The notes under the pieces: generated by a model
Seen by the model: the letters and a program-made list of their open reading frames with translations, nothing else
What the model was told of the DNA's origin: nothing
The model's database searches: none
NCBI GenBank assembly: GCA_964467345.1
Contig: CAYXPY010000004.1
Span: forward strand, 17,358 to 81,357
Direction: 5' to 3'
DNA from: an uncultured Thermoplasmatales archaeon
GTDB lineage: Archaea > Thermoplasmatota > E2 > DHVEG-1
Length of the DNA stretch: 64,000 bases
Shown here: positions 58,807 to 64,000 of the stretch, piece after piece
Position numbering within the stretch: position 1 is the stretch's first letter
How the letters are laid out: each line of letters begins with the position of its first letter
Program-made: the position numbers and the translations under genes

Positions 58807-58889
58807 CGATTTACCTCTTTGTGCTATGCTAATACATAGCACATAATACATATATAATATTTAAATCTTTTTCAAAATAAAAAGTATGC

Positions 58890-59077
58890 AGGTGAATGGA
58901 TTTGAGTTCTTGGATTTCGTCACATAAAAAAACCATTATCATAGTATGTTAAAACCGTGTCAAAGATTGACCGATACTATTATATAAAAAAATAACTTTT
59001 CCTGTATTTATAGCACGATTTTAGCTGGTTTTTTTTACGTGAGTAAATGCAACCTTTCGTTGCAATCCCTCCGTCGG
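58890..59077 (+). repeat. terminal element B5-A6 (T-arm-like motif 58898-58909, conserved arm, degenerate core 59067-59077)
   Basis: The core reads 'ccctccgtcgg' and then diverges ('tttccaacg'). This is the last copy before the PKD/PGF-CTERM gene. Confidence 0.6.
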
Positions 59078-59270
59078 TTTCCAACGTATTTCCCTAATTT
59101 AAGTTACCATAAAACCATGGATGGTTCATTTTAATCGAGTAGAGCCATTTCACAAAAAATCATTACGATTTCCATCAGTGGCGTTTTACAAAGAAGGATA
59201 ATTTTTGGATATGTTTTTAAAGAAAGAGCTCATACGATACATAACTTGAAATGAGCAGGAGTGGAGATAA

Positions 59271-60251
59271 ATGAGGAGAGTAAAAAAACTAATAGTATTG
59301 TATTTGTTAGTAATTATAAGCATTCTTCAAATAACATATTTTGTTGGAGCCACAACCACCGTTGTATTTCATCCTATCGATGATACGATGATAAAGAATG
59401 AATCCCCCTTTACGCCCTATGGAAACTTGTGGAATATCGCAGTGAGGAACGTCTATGGAGAAAGTAACAAAAATTTTTATGAAATTGATACATTGATAAA
59501 TTTTGATATATCCTCCATACCCTCAACAGCTACCGTATTATCAGCGTCTCTTAATTTATATTATTCTAATTGGTCTGGGTCAAATCCTGCGGGAAGGAAC
59601 CTTACGATCTATCTCATAACAAGTAGCTGGAGTGAACAATATGTGTATTGGAACACTCAACCATCGTATGCAACAACCCCTTCAAGCAGTTCTTTTGTGC
59701 CACAGTCAAAAGAACAATGGATGAGCTGGGATGTCACCGATGATGTCCAATACCTTGTCAAGGAGCGAGCCTACTACGGATGGAAAATTGCTGATGAAAC
59801 CAACTGGGAAAAGCCAAATGTTCCTCTGACGAATTTCTGGGCGAAAGAATATGGCAATTATATCCCTTATCTAGAAGTTGTATACACCTTTTCAGAAGTA
59901 ACTACAGGACCTGTTGCTGGATTTTCCCTCTCACCGCTCAACCCAACAACAAAGGATTCGATACAGTTCACCGACACCTCATATGACCCGGAGGAGACGA
60001 TCACCGAATGGTTCTGGATTTTTGGTGACGGCAACAGTGCGGCAACAAAAAACCCTACCCATACCTACACAACAAGCGGACAATATACAGTTACTCTTCA
60101 AGTCACTGATTCCAAAGGTTTAACAGATTCATTAACGACAGTTTTGGTGATAGCAGAAGCAAAATCCACACCAGGCTTTGAATTTCTCATCATCGCCTGT
60201 GCGATTACCGTTCTATTACTTATTAAACATCAAGGGAAAAAACATAACTAA
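59271..60251 (+). CDS. secreted protein with PKD domain and PGF-CTERM sorting signal
   Basis: It has a signal peptide, the PKD block 'FTDTSYDPEETITEWFWIFGDGNSAATKNPTHTYTTSGQYTVTLQVTDSKG' and the C-terminus 'TPGFEFLIIACAITVLLLIKHQGKKHN'. Confidence 0.6.
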   Translation: MRRVKKLIVLYLLVIISILQITYFVGATTTVVFHPIDDTMIKNESPFTPYGNLWNIAVRNVYGESNKNFYEIDTLINFDISSIPSTATVLSASLNLYYSNWSGSNPAGRNLTIYLITSSWSEQYVYWNTQPSYATTPSSSSFVPQSKEQWMSWDVTDDVQYLVKERAYYGWKIADETNWEKPNVPLTNFWAKEYGNYIPYLEVVYTFSEVTTGPVAGFSLSPLNPTTKDSIQFTDTSYDPEETITEWFWIFGDGNSAATKNPTHTYTTSGQYTVTLQVTDSKGLTDSLTTVLVIAEAKSTPGFEFLIIACAITVLLLIKHQGKKHN

Positions 60252-60391
60252 AAACAAATCATCAGTGTAACACTTTCCCGGTTATCAAAGAAAGGTAATT
60301 CCGGTTCTAAGAAAAAAATTACCGAAGGTTTCAACAATAGTTCGAGTGATTTTTTCCTGATTAAATTTGGTATAATCTATTTATTGTTACT

Positions 60392-63300
60392 TTATTGTAT
60401 CGAGCTGGATTTAAAGAAAAACATTTGTGATTGAATCTGATAAAGATTGCTTTCTTGATGAAACACATAGGGAGCGGCCATTGTCTGACTCTGTTTGTTT
60501 CCTGCGTTATCATAGACCGTCGCAGTAACACTGTACTCACCAAATCCGGTCCAGGTCCATTCGTAGGGGGCTTGCGTATCATTGATCTGTAATTGTCCGT
60601 CAAGGTAGAATTCGACGGAAGCAACACCGCTTGTTGCATCACTTGCCTGTGCGGTGAATTTTATGGTGAATAGATCCAGTTGTTGTTTGATGAGGTTAAG
60701 TTCTGGTGGGCTGTGATCGAGCTGGAAGCTAAAGGGACCTTGAACAGCCTCACTGTTACCTGCCATATCAATGGAGTAATATGAAAGGGAATGGACTCCA
60801 TCTGTACTGATGACGACTGGTGTGGTATACAGCATCCAGTCTGCCTCATCAATCTTGAAGAAGGTGCTGCTCACCCCTGAGGTGCTATCAACAGCGTTTA
60901 AGAGGAAATCAATGGTGAGATACCAACCATTAAGACCGACGTCACCTGAGAACACATGGGTCGTGAGAGGGGGGGTCTGATCGATCGGGAGACGAGCAGA
61001 TTTCGTTGTCTCGGTGTTTCCCAGTACATCAACAGAATAATATTCGATTGTATGGTCACCATCAGCGGTGACTGTGAATGGGTCTTGATACAGATTCCAG
61101 CTGCCTTCATCCAGCTGATACATCGTATAATCGACCCCTGTGAGGTCATCTGTTGCAGTCAAGGTCACAAGAACAGGGCTGACGAACCATGAGTTATCCC
61201 CGATAGTACCATCGAAGGATATGGTAGTAACCGGAGCGGTTACATCCGTGGCTGTTGCAAAGGTGTACCATCTCCTGGTGTAGATACCACTCCCGGATGG
61301 GTCAGTGGCATTGACCCAGACCGTATATGTCATACCATAGGAAAGACCAGTAAGCAGAAGTGATTTTGTTCCATTGGTCGCAGCTGTTCCACTGTTCGAT
61401 TGTCCATTGCTGCACTGGATCGTCCAGGAGAACGTATTTCCATCAGGATCCGATATTGGGATGCTCCAGGTGAGACTTAAGGGATTCCCCGTCGAACCGT
61501 TGGCAGGGGAGGGAGCACCAAAGATCGGTGGGCTATTCGCTTTTGTCGTAAACGACCATATGAGACCAGCAGTATGTTCCCCGTAACTATCCCATGCGAC
61601 AATTTTCCAGTAATAGGTAGTCAGATAATTCAACATACCTGGATCGTAGAGGAGCGCTGATTGGTTCCCAACCACTTTCGATGGATTTGCATTTGTTCCA
61701 AAATACACATCATAGGTGACGGTGTCCCCGGGGTTTGGATCCCCACCGGTCCAACTCAGGTCAGTGGAAATAGAGATTCCAGTTGCGCTATTTGCAGGGT
61801 TGGGTAAACTAGGTTGATAAGGAGGAAGATTGCTTTCAATGACCCCAGCGGATGTTTCCTCAGGTAAATAGTTTTGTTTTGTGACGGTAACTAAAACGCT
61901 TCCACCAGTTTGAGGAACAATAGTAAAGGTCACATCGCCTGCTGAATTCGTCATACCCCGCTCATATACCTCCTCATCTTTCCAAACACAGACATACGCA
62001 TTTTGCACATTTGATCCACCCGTTGTCTGAACATGAACGGTAAATGAGGAAGAACCAACGGGGACTGCTGAGGGATGGCTTGTGACGAGGGTTCCGGGGT
62101 TCTCTTTCCAGACCGGTAGTTCAGGGTCACCAAGCAGAGTCAGCTCTGTATAAATGTATTGATAAATATCCTCACCAGCGTATAACTGGTAGACGTCGTT
62201 TTTATGATCCGAGAACGCCGCACCTAAGTGGTAGAGATTCTCTTGGAAGAGTGATTTAAAGAAATAGACGTCAAATAACATTGATAGACTATCATATGTG
62301 CCGTAATTATACCAACCATACCGTGAGTTCCCGATAAAAGCGATGCCACCGCCATTGCTGTTTTGTACGAAATGTTCAGCGATACAATCTGAGACATCAA
62401 AGGCAGCAGGGTCACATCCCATAGAATACAGAATCGTTTGTTTATTTCCATTTGATAAAGCATCCATATCAGAAGAATATAGGAGCAAATCGTGTTTGAC
62501 ATAGCCGGTCCCCATGCAATCCGTGTTTGAATGATCTGCATGATTCGCAAGATTCTGTCCTGCGTTGAGAGCAGCGATGACATTCGTCTTATGGTTCCCA
62601 CTATGGCTGTCATAGACGTTCGTCATAGTCCAGTCTGATGGGATGTACGCGTTATCAATGTTTATTTTACATTGCTCTGCATGTGTCCACCAATTGTCAA
62701 GATCAAAGCCAAATAACCCTGCTTTTTTCGCATAATCGGTCAACGGAGGATTTCTCTCATAGGTCAATATCTTGTTGATAAAATTCCCAATCTGTCCTGT
62801 TCCGCTACCCGGACCGTTGACTGATGCACGACCGATGTGTACTTCACAGATCCAGTCGTCATCGAAATCCGCATAATACGCGTCGTTTGGAATCGGATCA
62901 GGATCGACACCGGAATACGTCCTGTAATGACAGGGCACCACATCGATATCACCACCGAGGAGTACGTAGGTGGTTCCCCAGTTGGTATAGACATCCTGGA
63001 CGAACGCCCTGATTTTTTGAACATTTGTCCCGGTATACCCGCCAGAGTTGTAAATCCAGCTTGTGGTGACAATAGCTGTCGGGACTCCTTTCTGGGTTTT
63101 CCAATCAGCAAGAGTCTGGAAAGCACTCACCCAGCTGTCTTGAGTGACGATCACATAATCGTAATCACCTGGCTCGACCCCAAGTGGTTGTGGACCAGAT
63201 GAAGAAACCAGGGTGACGTCTTCTGGATTAAGGACCATGTCTTTGATTATTTGCTCATACATGATTCTTTGGTCCTCAGAAAAGGATTCAGGAAGATAAT

Positions 63301-63982
63301 CGTGACAGCTATAATCAGCAACGCCTTCAAGAACAAGTTCCACAGAACTCAGCAGAATTAGTCTTTTTTGGAGTGGTAAATAGCGGAGTGGATAGACGCT
63401 GAGGTCTACCATAGCTTGACCAGCAAGATCGGTCATTGATCCTAAGGAGACAAACAAGGAAGGATAGGGCATCAAGGAAAGATATGTTGATTTTTCCTGG
63501 GACGGGGAGATGATTGTCTCTTGTGAGGTTCCAAGCCGGAGTGGTTGCTGTGCAGGAAGTATCGTGTAGGTTCCAGGCAATAACTGCAGTGTAGTGGAAA
63601 CCACCCGTACATTTGTTGCTCGTAACCCAGCCGGTAAAGCAACCCGTAGCCTTTTAACGGGGAGCAGTGGTTTTCCGATTTCAGACATATACGAGCAATC
63701 TTTGATTGAAACAAAATCAAACCCAAACCGTTTCTCAAGATAGATGTCGTCTGGTGAAAAACAGATGGTATAGCTGAGAGAATCAAGATCCCCTAAACTA
63801 TTTATCTCTTCGGTTGTTTCATCACTCTTATTGATTTCATTTATCACAGGCAGTTCTTTTGTTGCGATCAATGGTGTAGTTTGATAAGAGAGACCAGTCG
63901 TATTAACTGTTGTAGAAAGAAAGCTTATTACGATAATTCCAAGCAGTAGTTTTTTCATATTTTTTCGTAGGTGTCCTTTCAT
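60392..63982 (-). CDS. giant secreted multidomain protein, gingipain/C25-like cysteine peptidase architecture with FN3 and Ig-like repeats (tentative)
   Basis: It has a signal peptide (MKKLLLGIIVISFL), a central G/D/H/C-rich region ('LLGGDIDVVPCHY', 'ANHADHSNTDCMG'), two FN3-like segments ('YDVYFGTN..YYWKIVAWD') and two ~100-aa repeats ('TTISFDG..HTIEYYSVD' / 'THVFSGD..HSLSYYSID'). The start codon is uncertain (TTG at 63991, ATG at 63982 or 63958). Confidence 0.45.
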   Translation of the reverse strand: MKGHLRKNMKKLLLGIIVISFLSTTVNTTGLSYQTTPLIATKELPVINEINKSDETTEEINSLGDLDSLSYTICFSPDDIYLEKRFGFDFVSIKDCSYMSEIGKPLLPVKRLRVALPAGLRATNVRVVSTTLQLLPGTYTILPAQQPLRLGTSQETIISPSQEKSTYLSLMPYPSLFVSLGSMTDLAGQAMVDLSVYPLRYLPLQKRLILLSSVELVLEGVADYSCHDYLPESFSEDQRIMYEQIIKDMVLNPEDVTLVSSSGPQPLGVEPGDYDYVIVTQDSWVSAFQTLADWKTQKGVPTAIVTTSWIYNSGGYTGTNVQKIRAFVQDVYTNWGTTYVLLGGDIDVVPCHYRTYSGVDPDPIPNDAYYADFDDDWICEVHIGRASVNGPGSGTGQIGNFINKILTYERNPPLTDYAKKAGLFGFDLDNWWTHAEQCKINIDNAYIPSDWTMTNVYDSHSGNHKTNVIAALNAGQNLANHADHSNTDCMGTGYVKHDLLLYSSDMDALSNGNKQTILYSMGCDPAAFDVSDCIAEHFVQNSNGGGIAFIGNSRYGWYNYGTYDSLSMLFDVYFFKSLFQENLYHLGAAFSDHKNDVYQLYAGEDIYQYIYTELTLLGDPELPVWKENPGTLVTSHPSAVPVGSSSFTVHVQTTGGSNVQNAYVCVWKDEEVYERGMTNSAGDVTFTIVPQTGGSVLVTVTKQNYLPEETSAGVIESNLPPYQPSLPNPANSATGISISTDLSWTGGDPNPGDTVTYDVYFGTNANPSKVVGNQSALLYDPGMLNYLTTYYWKIVAWDSYGEHTAGLIWSFTTKANSPPIFGAPSPANGSTGNPLSLTWSIPISDPDGNTFSWTIQCSNGQSNSGTAATNGTKSLLLTGLSYGMTYTVWVNATDPSGSGIYTRRWYTFATATDVTAPVTTISFDGTIGDNSWFVSPVLVTLTATDDLTGVDYTMYQLDEGSWNLYQDPFTVTADGDHTIEYYSVDVLGNTETTKSARLPIDQTPPLTTHVFSGDVGLNGWYLTIDFLLNAVDSTSGVSSTFFKIDEADWMLYTTPVVISTDGVHSLSYYSIDMAGNSEAVQGPFSFQLDHSPPELNLIKQQLDLFTIKFTAQASDATSGVASVEFYLDGQLQINDTQAPYEWTWTGFGEYSVTATVYDNAGNKQSQTMAAPYVFHQESNLYQIQSQMFFFKSSSIQ

Positions 63983-64000
63983 AATGTTCAATCCCCTTAA

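Larger units (their letters stand above)
48883..59077 (+). mobile_element. tandem array of six cassette-like segments, each bounded by a direct repeat of the tRNA-Thr 3' end (putative serial site-specific integrations or integron-like cassette array; no recombinase seen)
   Basis: The tRNA's last 16 nt 'ccctccgtcggctcca' (48867-48882) recur on the same strand at 51229, 52869, 54708, 55380, 57431 and, degenerately, 59067. Each lies inside a conserved ~180-nt module. The region is AT-rich and carries paralogous cargo. Confidence 0.5.

Noticed and set aside
51395-58909. T-arm-like motifs (ggatttgaaccc, 5 copies) considered as additional minus-strand tRNA genes
   Set aside because: The reverse complements give only a T-arm plus a variable acceptor-like tail. 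There is no D-arm and no 7-nt anticodon loop. The acceptor ends differ between copies.
48864-59077. Possible CRISPR array, given many regularly recurring repeats
   Set aside because: The repeat units are ~180-350 nt, not 25-40 nt. The 'spacers' are 0.65-2.4 kb and contain genes. No cas genes are present. The repeat core is the tRNA-Thr 3' end, which points to att-type repeats instead.

Overview
This is a 64-kb archaeal chromosomal window. Unsplit rpoB, a Thermoplasma-like proteasome alpha N-terminus, PGF-CTERM sorting signals and the conserved exosome/proteasome superoperon all point to a euryarchaeal, probably Thermoplasmatota-like, origin.

From left to right the window holds:
- An E1-like/SAMP/thioredoxin-CcdA trio.
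- A group-3b [NiFe] hydrogenase operon with a fused beta-gamma subunit plus its maturation protease.
- A malic enzyme gene.
- A 13-kb hdr mega-operon: hdrC-hdrB-hdrA, a 1505-aa HdrA with an inserted GltD/NfnB-like NAD(P)H module and a second HdrA unit, mvhD, a HydB-like FeS protein, a tandem HdrC-like protein, and a 1017-aa double HdrA.
- osmC and purA.
- The exosome superoperon on the minus strand: queE, psmA, sdo1, rrp4, rrp41, rrp42, rpl37ae, an unannotated rpoP, and pcc1.
- tRNA-Lys and the RNAP operon rpoH-rpoB-rpoA'-rpoA''-rpl30e-nusA. rpoA'' carries a lysine-rich N-terminal extension.
- A Thermococcales-type pdhAFXB-like proline dehydrogenase cluster and gatE.
- A GT2 gene and a giant PGF-CTERM surface protein.
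- tRNA-Tyr (with an intron), a trm5-like gene, and tRNA-Thr.

The most unusual region is 48.86-59.08 kb. The last 16-19 nt of tRNA-Thr recur six more times as direct repeats, each embedded in a conserved ~180-350-nt module. These repeats delimit 0.65-2.4-kb AT-rich cassettes that carry paralogous secreted beta-helix proteins, small Cys-rich secreted proteins and an AbrB-ACT regulator. No integrase is visible in the window.

The window ends with a PKD/PGF-CTERM protein and a giant C25-like secreted peptidase.
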